From the IMG/VR virus record IMGVR_UViG_2585427748_000011, positions 1 to 11,618 of that record: a stretch of DNA of 11,618 nucleotides; one strand, given 5' to 3'. The first letter of the stretch is position 1, and each line of letters starts with the position of its first letter. The position numbers and the translations under genes were made by a program. The notes beneath the pieces were generated by a model that saw only the letters and a list, made by a program, of their open reading frames with translations, was not told the origin of the DNA and did not search any database. Source of the stretch: a virus. Taxonomy: Duplodnaviria; Heunggongvirae; Uroviricota; Caudoviricetes. Below are positions 1 to 6,059 of this stretch, piece after piece.

Positions 1-333
1 ACTGGCATGTTTCATGATGTAACGCATGCCGGTGATGTATTGCCCCTCATGCTGACTGGCGCGGCTGTACGGGGGATTACCAAAGGCAGCACCTTTAAGC
101 TCCGCAAGACGTTCAGACCAGTCATGCGCCAGCGCGTTGTCTTCCGCAGTGTAATAAGCGGCACATTTGGCGTTATCACCATCAGTGAACAGATCCAGAA
201 CAAACGGGCCAAACAGGGTGTTAATTCCCCAGAAAATGTTGTCCGGCGTGCGCCACTGATCGCCCACTTCCTTCAGTTCATGGGCTGGTTTGTTTCGCAG
301 CTCCACCAGCGCCTGGCAATATTTATTACTCAT
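1..333 (-). CDS. Phage Dam-family DNA N6-adenine methyltransferase, N-terminal part only (gene continues beyond left window edge)
   Basis: Reverse-complement translation from ATG at 333-331: MSNKYCQALVELRNKPAHELKEVGDQWRTPDNIFWGINTLFGPFVLDLFTDGDNAKCAAYYTAEDNALAHDWSERLAELKGAAFGNPPYS..., containing an NPPY catalytic-type motif. The ATG overlaps the TAA stop of the upstream gene (coupling). Not in the ORF track because no stop lies within the window. Confidence 0.6.
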   Translation of the reverse strand, partial: MSNKYCQALVELRNKPAHELKEVGDQWRTPDNIFWGINTLFGPFVLDLFTDGDNAKCAAYYTAEDNALAHDWSERLAELKGAAFGNPPYSRASQHEGQYITGMRYIMKHAS

Positions 334-827
334 TAAGCCCCCACGTAATTCCCTGACAGATACCACTCTTCACCCGATGCAGCGCGCTTGCTGCTTTTCC
401 GTAAGCACCGCTCACGATGCGCCAGAAAATTGTTTCGTTCTGGCTGGGAGTGGCTTTCACGGAATGCCTCCATCCACACCGTTGCAGCTCGACGGAATAA
501 GCCCCTGGACTCCAGTTCTTCAGCCTGGCGGGTCAGGCACAAAATCACCCGGGGGTCGTTAGTGCCGACATAGAAATTGCGCACAGGTCTGGTTTCACGA
601 ACTGGTTGTGGTTCCGGCTCCTGCGCTCTCTCAGTCAGGCGCGGGAAATGTCTGCGTGTATCCCCTTCACAACGGTGAGCCACACGCCCACTCTGACGTA
701 ACTTGCTTGCTGACTGCAGAACGCGCTGCCGTGAGTAACCAGCAAAAGCATCTGCAATGTCTCCGGAAGTACACCCCGGATGGGCTTCAATGAATTTCTG
801 AACGTCATTCAAAAGACTCATGATCAC
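333..827 (-). CDS. Hypothetical phage protein, 164 aa (same length as K-12 CPS-53 YfdN as I recall; function unknown)
   Basis: ORF in track; ATG at 827-825 overlaps the TGA stop of the upstream replication gene (ATGA coupling); its own stop overlaps the start of the methyltransferase gene. Confidence 0.6.
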   Translation of the reverse strand: MIMSLLNDVQKFIEAHPGCTSGDIADAFAGYSRQRVLQSASKLRQSGRVAHRCEGDTRRHFPRLTERAQEPEPQPVRETRPVRNFYVGTNDPRVILCLTRQAEELESRGLFRRAATVWMEAFRESHSQPERNNFLAHRERCLRKSSKRAASGEEWYLSGNYVGA

Positions 828-1765
828 CCCCTGAATCCTGCCGGGATCTGGCTGTAGTCCACGTTGTCGTAACTGGCTTTGAAGTACGGGTCTTCGCGTT
901 TTTCGGTGTACGTGCTGACGGACGGTGATAAGCGCAGGGAAAGCTCATCCCATTTTTCCCGCAACTTCGACGGGCTGAGCACGTTACGGCACCAGAACGG
1001 ATCGCGGCTGACGCGGCTGTACATCTCGCAGATTTGTTTGTGAGTACGACCATCCTGCACACACATCAGGCGAATTTCGTTTGCCCAGGCTGTCCAGTTC
1101 GGTTCTTTGGGACGAACCACCTCGCCGTCACATTCGGCGGCTTGCTCGTACAGGGCGATGATTTTTTTCCAGAGCCACTGTGCGCAGGTCAAATCATCCT
1201 GCGTTCCCCACTGGCGCTTTTTAGGGCTGAATACAACCGCATCAGGATGGCGAGTTAAAAAATCCTGTTCATCCGTCTGCGTGTCCGGTTGCGAAGCGTC
1301 CGGACGAGAAGGTTTTTTATCTGACGGATCATGTTTTGATTTTACTGACGGATCCCCGCCAGATTCTGACGGGTGAAAACCCGCTTTTTTGCCAGATTTC
1401 GACGCATCAAATTTTGACGGGTCAGATTTTGATGCGTCAGATTTTGACGGGTCAGAATCTGACAGTTGAGAAAATGCCGCTGCCTGAAGCTTCGCAACGT
1501 TAAGCTGATAAACATTCGACGCATTGCGGTTACCCTGGCGACGCGCCTTACGTGTTAACCAGCCTTCTGCTTCCAGCCGTGCGATAGCCGTCCTGACGGT
1601 ACTCATCCCCGCGCCAATCTGACGGGCAATAGTTTCAATTGATGGCCAGCACACACCTTCGTCATTACTGAAATCAGCCAGGCGGGCCATAATTGCCACG
1701 CTGGATAATTTCATGCCTGATGCAGCGCAACCATCCCATACATAGCCGGTTAATTTAGTGCTCAT
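824..1765 (-). CDS. Phage replication initiation protein (O-like; N-terminal winged helix-turn-helix domain, repeat-encoded linker)
   Basis: 313-aa ORF; N-terminus (SVAIMARLADFSNDEGVCWPSIETIARQIGAGMSTVRTAIARLEAEGWLTRKA) resembles the HTH domain of phage replication initiators. Central low-complexity linker SDPSKSDASKSDPSKFDASKSG is encoded by tandem DNA repeats. RBS GAGG 7 nt upstream of ATG at 1765. Confidence 0.7.
   Translation of the reverse strand: MSTKLTGYVWDGCAASGMKLSSVAIMARLADFSNDEGVCWPSIETIARQIGAGMSTVRTAIARLEAEGWLTRKARRQGNRNASNVYQLNVAKLQAAAFSQLSDSDPSKSDASKSDPSKFDASKSGKKAGFHPSESGGDPSVKSKHDPSDKKPSRPDASQPDTQTDEQDFLTRHPDAVVFSPKKRQWGTQDDLTCAQWLWKKIIALYEQAAECDGEVVRPKEPNWTAWANEIRLMCVQDGRTHKQICEMYSRVSRDPFWCRNVLSPSKLREKWDELSLRLSPSVSTYTEKREDPYFKASYDNVDYSQIPAGFRG
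1318..1470. repeat. Iteron-like direct repeats (candidate replication origin) inside the replication initiator gene
   Basis: Core CTGACGG/TTGACGG/TTGATGC recurs at 1321, 1345, 1366, 1399, 1414, 1429, 1444, 1459. The last five copies are spaced exactly 15 bp apart (unit approx TTTTGACGGGTCAGA). Confidence 0.5.
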
Positions 1766-1774
1766 GACCGACCT

Positions 1775-2113
1775 CTATTTCCCTGAATTTACGACGAAAC
1801 TGTTCGAGCGGGCTGAAGCACTCATGCTCATAGCCTTCGCGGAGGTAGATAACTCGTTGTGTTTCCGGCTCCCAACGAATGACTCTGACGGGCACTCCGT
1901 AGTGATCTTTGAACCAGCGGTTAACTTGTCGCAAAGGACTGTCTCCTTCTGCCGGTTGAAATCACCCACAGCCCACTCAGCAAAGCTGTGGGTTACAATT
2001 TCCCTGTCACCTGGTACATTAACTGCATAGCAATACTCCACCTTCGCTTTTCCACCCGGTACAGGAAGCGCAATCAGTTGCGAGCGACGGTAGTGTGTTG
2101 TTAAACTGTTCAT
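1775..2113 (-). CDS. Hypothetical protein, 112 aa
   Basis: ATG at 2113-2111 overlaps the TGA stop of the upstream cII-position gene (ATGA). Stop at 1775-1777 is followed by GAGG and the ATG of the replication gene, so it fits the coupled minus-strand operon. Strand choice over the overlapping + ORF 1758..2030 rests on this context. Confidence 0.5.
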   Translation of the reverse strand: MNSLTTHYRRSQLIALPVPGGKAKVEYCYAVNVPGDREIVTHSFAEWAVGDFNRQKETVLCDKLTAGSKITTECPSESFVGSRKHNELSTSAKAMSMSASARSNSFVVNSGK

Positions 2114-2718
2114 GCGTTAGTTTCTCCACAGTCACGACACGCCACGGCGCCCGGAGCTGCACACTCGCGGGCGTCATTACTTTCTGAAATGCAAAAGATT
2201 TTGTAGACCAGTGCTGCATGCTCCTGCAGCTTCGAAATTGAGAGATACAGCTCGTCGTTAATTGCTGTCTTCTCATGCGGTTCCACCACACCGTCTTCGA
2301 TTGCCGAACGAATCTGTCTGGAATAACTGCCAATCTGTTCAATGACTTCCAGCAGGCGCTGGTTAATATCGGCGTTGTCCACATCCTCGACGTCAGGAAG
2401 AGACACAAAGACGCCATTTGCAGACTGCGCCACAGCGTCAGCAATGAAGTGAGTTCCACCAGCACGTTGCAAAATCATTGCCCATCCCAGCGGGAAAATC
2501 TGATCGCCATCGGCACGAAGACGGTTAAATAATGCGTTTTCTGTTACATCCAGCCAGTCAGCTGCTTCAGCGTAACCACCCGGCAACGCTGCGATAGTTT
2601 TTCTGACAGCTTTCACGTACCACTCAGGCTGTTTTTCTACTTTCCAGTGATGCTTACCCACGGTTAGCCTCATCGTTCTGTGGTTTCTGTTAATCGATTT
2701 ATCCATTAGATTTTTCAT
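2110..2718 (-). CDS. Regulatory protein at the cII position of the immunity region (possibly phage CII/CP76- or YdaT-like); start uncertain
   Basis: Track ORF 2110..2775 begins with GTG at 2775 and would overlap the cro-like gene by 77 nt. In-frame ATGs at 2718 (MKNLMDKSI...) and 2706 (MDKSI..., overlapping the cro-like TAA) are more plausible. Functional call is by position and vague family recollection only. Confidence 0.5.
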   Translation of the reverse strand: MKNLMDKSINRNHRTMRLTVGKHHWKVEKQPEWYVKAVRKTIAALPGGYAEAADWLDVTENALFNRLRADGDQIFPLGWAMILQRAGGTHFIADAVAQSANGVFVSLPDVEDVDNADINQRLLEVIEQIGSYSRQIRSAIEDGVVEPHEKTAINDELYLSISKLQEHAALVYKIFCISESNDARECAAPGAVACRDCGETNA

Positions 2719-2899
2719 AAAGCTCAGGTTTAAATGGCAACCGTCCGCAAGTTCTATATGCAGCTTCTGCTGCACGTCCTTTTGGAATTAACTGGCCCGG
2801 ACGGTTTCGCCACTGATAAACGGCTTCAGTTGTTATGCCGAAAAAAGCAGCAACTTTCTCAATACTGCCGAAGTAGCTTTCGATATCGTCAGTTGTCAT
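2699..2899 (-). CDS. Cro-like small HTH DNA-binding protein (Cro/YdaS-like)
   Basis: 66 aa, MTTDDIESYFGSIEKVAAFFGITTEAVYQWRNRPGQLIPKGRAAEAAY has an HTH signature. Divergent from the repressor gene; RBS GGAGGG 3-5 nt upstream of ATG at 2899. Confidence 0.65.
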   Translation of the reverse strand: MTTDDIESYFGSIEKVAAFFGITTEAVYQWRNRPGQLIPKGRAAEAAYRTCGRLPFKPELYEKSNG

Positions 2900-2996
2900 A
2901 CGCCCTCCAAACTAAGTTTTATTAGATGCTAATTACAAATCTATCTTTGGTCAATAAAAACTAAGATTACTTAGCAATTCAAGAAATGGTGCTCCT
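2900..2996. promoter_or_regulatory. Divergent immunity control region (OR-like): candidate PR-like promoter for the cro-like operon plus operator dyads
   Basis: On the minus strand: -35 TTGACC (plus coords 2949-2954), 17-bp spacer, -10 TAGCAT (2926-2931). 11-bp dyad AAACT-A-AGTTT at 2909-2919 over the predicted start/leader; partial copy AACTAAGAT at 2959-2967; CTAAG-ATTA-CTTAG at 2961-2974. No convincing repressor promoter found by eye. Confidence 0.4.
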
Positions 2997-3623
2997 ATGG
3001 AAACGGTTGGTCAGCGTATAAAAGCTCTGAGAAGAGTTACCGGAACGTCCCAGAAAGAATTGGGTAAATTTTGTGGAGTAAGCGACGTTGCTGTGGGGTA
3101 CTGGGAGAAAGACATCAATACCCCTGGTGGGGAGGCACTTTCGAAATTAGCGAAGTTCTTCAATACGTCAATAGATTACATTCTTTATGGTGCTGAGTTT
3201 GAAGGCAAACTCGTCACAAACATGCGCAGAGTTCCTGTAATATCGTGGGTTCAGGCTGGGCAGTTTACTGAGTGCAGGGCAGCAGAAGTGTTTAGTGAAG
3301 TGGACAAGTGGGTAGATACATCATTAAAGATTGGTGATAACTCATTTGCATTAGAGGTTAAAGGTGACTCCATGACTAACCCTAATGGCCTCCCAACAAT
3401 ACCAGAAGGCGCAACAGTGATTGTAGATCCAGATGCAGAACCTCGTCATGGAAAAATAGTCATCGCTCGACTTGATGGAACAAACGAAGCTACAGTAAAA
3501 AAATTAGTCATCGATGGCCCTCAAAAGTTTTTAGTGCCATTAAATCCTCGGTATCCCAACATCCCTATCAATGGTAATTGCCTTATCATTGGTGTAGTCA
3601 AAGGAGTTCAATACGAACTCTAA
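2997..3623 (+). CDS. CI-type prophage repressor (N-terminal HTH_XRE, C-terminal S24 LexA-like autopeptidase)
   Basis: 208 aa. N-terminus QRIKALRRVTGTSQKELGKFCGVSDVAVGYWEKD is an XRE-type HTH. C-terminal domain has the Ser motif GDSM and downstream Lys (ATVKKLV) of the S24 Ser-Lys dyad, and a LexA-like cleavage site VQAG-QF. Confidence 0.85.
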   Translation: METVGQRIKALRRVTGTSQKELGKFCGVSDVAVGYWEKDINTPGGEALSKLAKFFNTSIDYILYGAEFEGKLVTNMRRVPVISWVQAGQFTECRAAEVFSEVDKWVDTSLKIGDNSFALEVKGDSMTNPNGLPTIPEGATVIVDPDAEPRHGKIVIARLDGTNEATVKKLVIDGPQKFLVPLNPRYPNIPINGNCLIIGVVKGVQYEL

Positions 3624-3644
3624 GACCTCTCTTCTCTAACTAAG

Positions 3645-3678
3645 GCACCGAACTAAGAAAAGTTTGGTGTTTTCTCTT
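3645..3678 (+). terminator. Candidate intrinsic terminator downstream of the repressor gene
   Basis: Stem CACCGAACT (3646-3654) pairs with AGTTTGGTG (3661-3669), 9 bp with one G-U; loop AAGAAA; followed by TTTTCTCTT (3670-3678). The reverse strand has no U-tract. Confidence 0.5.
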
Positions 3679-3705
3679 GCCATAATAACTAAGTTAAGTT
3701 AGATT
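3677..3705 (+). promoter_or_regulatory. Candidate pL-like early-left promoter with operator dyad in the spacer (OL-like)
   Basis: -35 TTGCCA (3677-3682), 17-bp spacer, -10 TAGATT (3700-3705). Spacer contains dyad TAACT-A-AGTTA (3686-3696), same core as the dyad at 2909-2919. Identified by eye only. Confidence 0.3.
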
Positions 3706-3910
3706 TTATATCAAAGATAACGAACAGGCAGGACGCCCACGAAGTAGCCGCCTGGGGCATATGAAGTCCAGGATGATTCGTTGAGTCATGTTGTGCCACT
3801 AGGCACTCATGTTAAAGCAGGTGTATGAAATGAAAGTCCAGATTTTAAACAATAACTGTGAAGTCGTTTGGGCGTAAAACATGACCGCGCGTAGACCAAG
3901 GGAGGAAAAA

Positions 3911-4087
3911 GTGGGAATAGTTAGAAATCAAGCAGATATATTGAAAATCAGCTCTGAATTGCTTGGAGTTTTGAAAAGTGAGCTCACCGCACATGGCATC
4001 GAGCCCACTGACGAAAATTTAAGTTGGGTTTTGTCGATTATTCAACAATCACTCAAGCCCAGCCTCAGCAAACTTTTTATCGAGTAG
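3911..4087 (+). CDS. Small hypothetical protein (58 aa from GTG 3911; 68 aa if ATG 3881)
   Basis: Strong SD GGGAGG (3899-3905) 6 nt before in-frame GTG 3911; ATG 3881 has no SD. AT-rich island; overlaps the 3' end of a convergent minus-strand ORF by 39 bp. Confidence 0.35.
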   Translation: MGIVRNQADILKISSELLGVLKSELTAHGIEPTDENLSWVLSIIQQSLKPSLSKLFIE

Positions 4088-4240
4088 TGCTTCGAACTTA
4101 TCGTAAAGCTTGCTTATGTCGTCTATCGGGTTTTCTGACGTACTGTAATTTTTATCTGATGTCATGGCAGCAGTCTGATATGCAGTGTGAGTCTTAACCG
4201 ATAGTTGGAATAAATAAAGAATTTTTTCTTCTTTGGTCAT
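4049..4240 (-). CDS. Small hypothetical protein, 63 aa (MTKEEKILYLFQLSVKTHTAYQTAAMTSDKNYSTSENPIDDISKLYDKFEALLDKKFAEAGLE)
   Basis: ATG at 4240-4238 preceded on the minus strand by AAGGAA at about 8 nt spacing. The track ORF 4049..4282 starts further upstream without an RBS. AT-rich, convergent with the repressor and the + strand small ORF. Confidence 0.45.
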   Translation of the reverse strand: MTKEEKILYLFQLSVKTHTAYQTAAMTSDKNYSTSENPIDDISKLYDKFEALLDKKFAEAGLE

Positions 4241-4495
4241 AACTATTTCCTTCTTGGCTATATGAAAACACCAAGATACCACCGAGCCTGAAGTGGTGAA
4301 AAGACAGGCACATAACAGCTAAGTATTTTCAACCAGAGAGAATCCTTAGCGTTGTGGTGAATGCGGCTCAGCGCACGCGGGTTAAGGTTGAGGCTGACAG
4401 TCGACCTTCTGTGGATACCCACCCGCCTGGTGTGCAACTTTCGCCAGGCACCGGGAGGCACCCGGCACCACAACTTTATGCTGTGTGTAGTCCTC

Positions 4496-4541
4496 GCGGT
4501 ACCAGTTTGTACACTTGCTTCCGGCTGGTACCGCTCTTTTT
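4496..4541 (+). terminator. Terminator-like hairpin in the untranslated leader (possible 3' end of a small RNA or an antiterminated terminator)
   Basis: Perfect 10-bp stem GCGGTACCAG (4496-4505) / CTGGTACCGC (4525-4534), 19-nt loop, then TCTTTTT (4535-4541). The loop is long for a canonical terminator. Confidence 0.45.
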
Positions 4542-4630
4542 ACAAAACAGAGAAGAACATCACCGGACGACGGGCTCATAACCCAATCCATCCGGGCGGC
4601 TGCCACCGCAGGTGTTCTTCTCTGTTTTGT
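4542..4630 (+). other. Long perfect inverted repeat (18 bp arms, 53-bp spacer) predicted to form an extended RNA stem; candidate RNase III processing site or structured regulatory RNA
   Basis: ACAAAACAGAGAAGAACA (4542-4559) is the exact reverse complement of TGTTCTTCTCTGTTTTGT (4613-4630). The stem can extend with G-U pairs into the preceding U-tract. No ORF with an RBS spans it. Confidence 0.4.
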
Positions 4631-4678
4631 GGAGAAACCAACCGACCTTGCAGGGTCGATATGATTAGGAGCAGAAAA

Positions 4679-5041
4679 ATGGCTAGCGAACGCAGTACTG
4701 ATGTGCAGGCATTTATTGGGGAGCTGGACGGCGGCGTATTTGAAACCAAAATCGGCGCAGTTCTCAGTGAAGTCGCTTCCGGTGTGATGAACACGAAAAC
4801 CAAAGGTAAGGTCTCACTCAACCTGGAAATCGAACCATTTGATGAGAACCGTGTGAAAATCAAACACAAACTCTCATATGTTCGCCCGACTAACCGCGGG
4901 AAAATTTCCGAAGAAGACACCACCGAAACGCCGATGTATGTCAATCGCGGTGGTCGCCTGACTATTCTGCAGGAAGACCAGGGACAATTACTGACTCTTG
5001 CCGGTGAACCTGACGGAAAACTCCGCGCAGCAGGTCATTAA
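4679..5041 (+). CDS. Hypothetical phage early protein, 120 aa (YfdP-like by length and position)
   Basis: ATG 4679 preceded by AGGAG (4667-4671, spacing 7). The track ORF 4361..5041 carries a 106-codon Arg/Cys-rich N-terminal extension across the structured region, judged non-coding. Confidence 0.7.
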   Translation: MASERSTDVQAFIGELDGGVFETKIGAVLSEVASGVMNTKTKGKVSLNLEIEPFDENRVKIKHKLSYVRPTNRGKISEEDTTETPMYVNRGGRLTILQEDQGQLLTLAGEPDGKLRAAGH

Positions 5042-5106
5042 TATCGTTCTTAATTAACCGATTATTTATCTCATCACTGAATATCTTTATATAGTGAGGA
5101 CTTATT

Positions 5107-5931
5107 ATGTCTCAGAACTTAGACGCAACCGCAATTAATCAAATCCATGCCCTTATTTCTGCTCAGGGTGTTAATGAAATTATCAGTAAGATTGGTGCCG
5201 ATGCTGTGGCATTGCCTGAGAATTTCCGCATTCATGATCTGGAAAAATTTAATTTAAATCGCTTCCGTTTCCGTGGTGCGCTTTCCACTGCCAGCATCGA
5301 TGACTTTACCCGTTATTCTAAAGATCTTGCAGATGAAGGCACCCGCTGCTTTATCGATGCCGATAATATGCGTGCCGTCAGTGTGCTTAACCTGGGTACT
5401 ATTGGTGAACCAGGTCACGCAGATAACACCGCCACACTCAAACTGAAAAAGACAGCACCGTTCTCTGCTCTGTTGTCTGTTAACGGCGAGCGTAACTCCC
5501 AGAAGTCACTGGCAGAATGGATTGAAGACTGGGCCGACTATCTTGTGGGCTTTGATGCTAATGGTGACGCTATTAAGGCAACAAAAGCGGCTGCGGCGGT
5601 CCGTAAAATCACGATTGAAGCAAACCAGACCGCTGATTTTGAAGATAATGACTTCAGCGGCAAACGCTCCCTGATGGAGTCTGTCGAAGCGAAGACCAAA
5701 GATATTATGCCAGTGGCATTTAAATTTAAATGCGTTCCGTTTGAAGGCCTGAAAGAACGTCCGTTTAAATTACGCCTCAGCATTATCACTGGCGATCGTC
5801 CTGTACTGGTTCTGCGCATTATTCAGCTGGAAGCAGTGCAGGAAGAAATGGCTAACGAATTTCGTGATCTGCTTGTTGAGAAATTTAAAGACAGCAAAGT
5901 AGAAACCTTTATTGGTACTTTCACCGCCTGA
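5107..5931 (+). CDS. Hypothetical phage protein, 274 aa (YfdQ/DUF2303-like by recollection)
   Basis: ATG 5107 preceded by GTGAGGA (5094-5100); clean 274-aa ORF; family assignment is from memory of length and gene order in CPS-53. Confidence 0.7.
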   Translation: MSQNLDATAINQIHALISAQGVNEIISKIGADAVALPENFRIHDLEKFNLNRFRFRGALSTASIDDFTRYSKDLADEGTRCFIDADNMRAVSVLNLGTIGEPGHADNTATLKLKKTAPFSALLSVNGERNSQKSLAEWIEDWADYLVGFDANGDAIKATKAAAAVRKITIEANQTADFEDNDFSGKRSLMESVEAKTKDIMPVAFKFKCVPFEGLKERPFKLRLSIITGDRPVLVLRIIQLEAVQEEMANEFRDLLVEKFKDSKVETFIGTFTA

Positions 5932-5943
5932 TTTCATTACTGC

Positions 5944-5965
5944 AAATGCCCCTGCGGGGGCATTT
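5944..5965 (+). terminator. GC-rich hairpin between genes (weak terminator or mRNA-stabilising stem)
   Basis: AAATGCCCC (5944-5952) / GGGGCATTT (5957-5965), 9-bp perfect stem with UGCG loop. The 3' flank ATGGAAAC lacks a real U-tract. Confidence 0.3.
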
Positions 5966-6059
5966 ATGGAAACATAATTGACTCAATAATCGCCTGATGG
6001 CGAGGGTTTTCTTTAACCAAAATTCAGCGCGGTGCAGCGCATATAAAGTGGAGAACAAA

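Noticed and set aside
7-336. Track ORF 7..336 (+), 109 aa
   Set aside because: Antisense shadow of the minus-strand Dam-type methyltransferase gene; no RBS, and the opposite strand has a recognisable motif and coupled start.
1318-1470. CRISPR array as an explanation for the 15-bp tandem repeats
   Set aside because: Repeats are contiguous without unique spacers, too short, and lie inside a coding gene as in lambda-type origins.
2719-2775. GTG start at 2775 for the cII-position gene
   Set aside because: Would overlap the cro-like coding sequence by 77 nt; in-frame ATGs at 2718 and 2706 near the cro-like stop are more plausible.
2734-2925. Track ORF 2734..2925 (+), 63 aa
   Set aside because: Antisense to the cro-like gene and runs into the operator region; no RBS.
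4318-4350. CTAAG/CTTAG inverted pair (GCTAAG ... CTTAGC, 21-bp spacer) as a third operator
   Set aside because: A 5-6-mer dyad in AT-rich sequence is expected by chance several times; kept only as supporting context.
4542-4630. Retron msr/msd ncRNA as an explanation for the long inverted repeat
   Set aside because: No reverse transcriptase gene nearby; the flanking genes are small phage ORFs.
4361-4678. N-terminal 106 codons of track ORF 4361..5041 (Arg/Cys-rich)
   Set aside because: No RBS at 4361; composition typical of translated GC-rich non-coding sequence; it spans the hairpins, and a strong AGGAG-ATG start lies at 4679.
3624-4678. N-type antiterminator gene expected after the early-left promoter
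   Set aside because: No ORF with the Arg-rich N-terminal motif typical of N proteins; the first ORF downstream is acidic and helical. Only a boxA-like string is noted.
5538-5819. Track ORFs inside or antisense to well-supported genes (e.g. 5538..5819 -, 6326..6511 -, 7285..7527 -, 8750..9160 -, 9685..10023 -)
   Set aside because: Embedded in tightly coupled + strand genes, lack RBSs, and have Arg/Ser-rich low-complexity translations typical of antisense frames.
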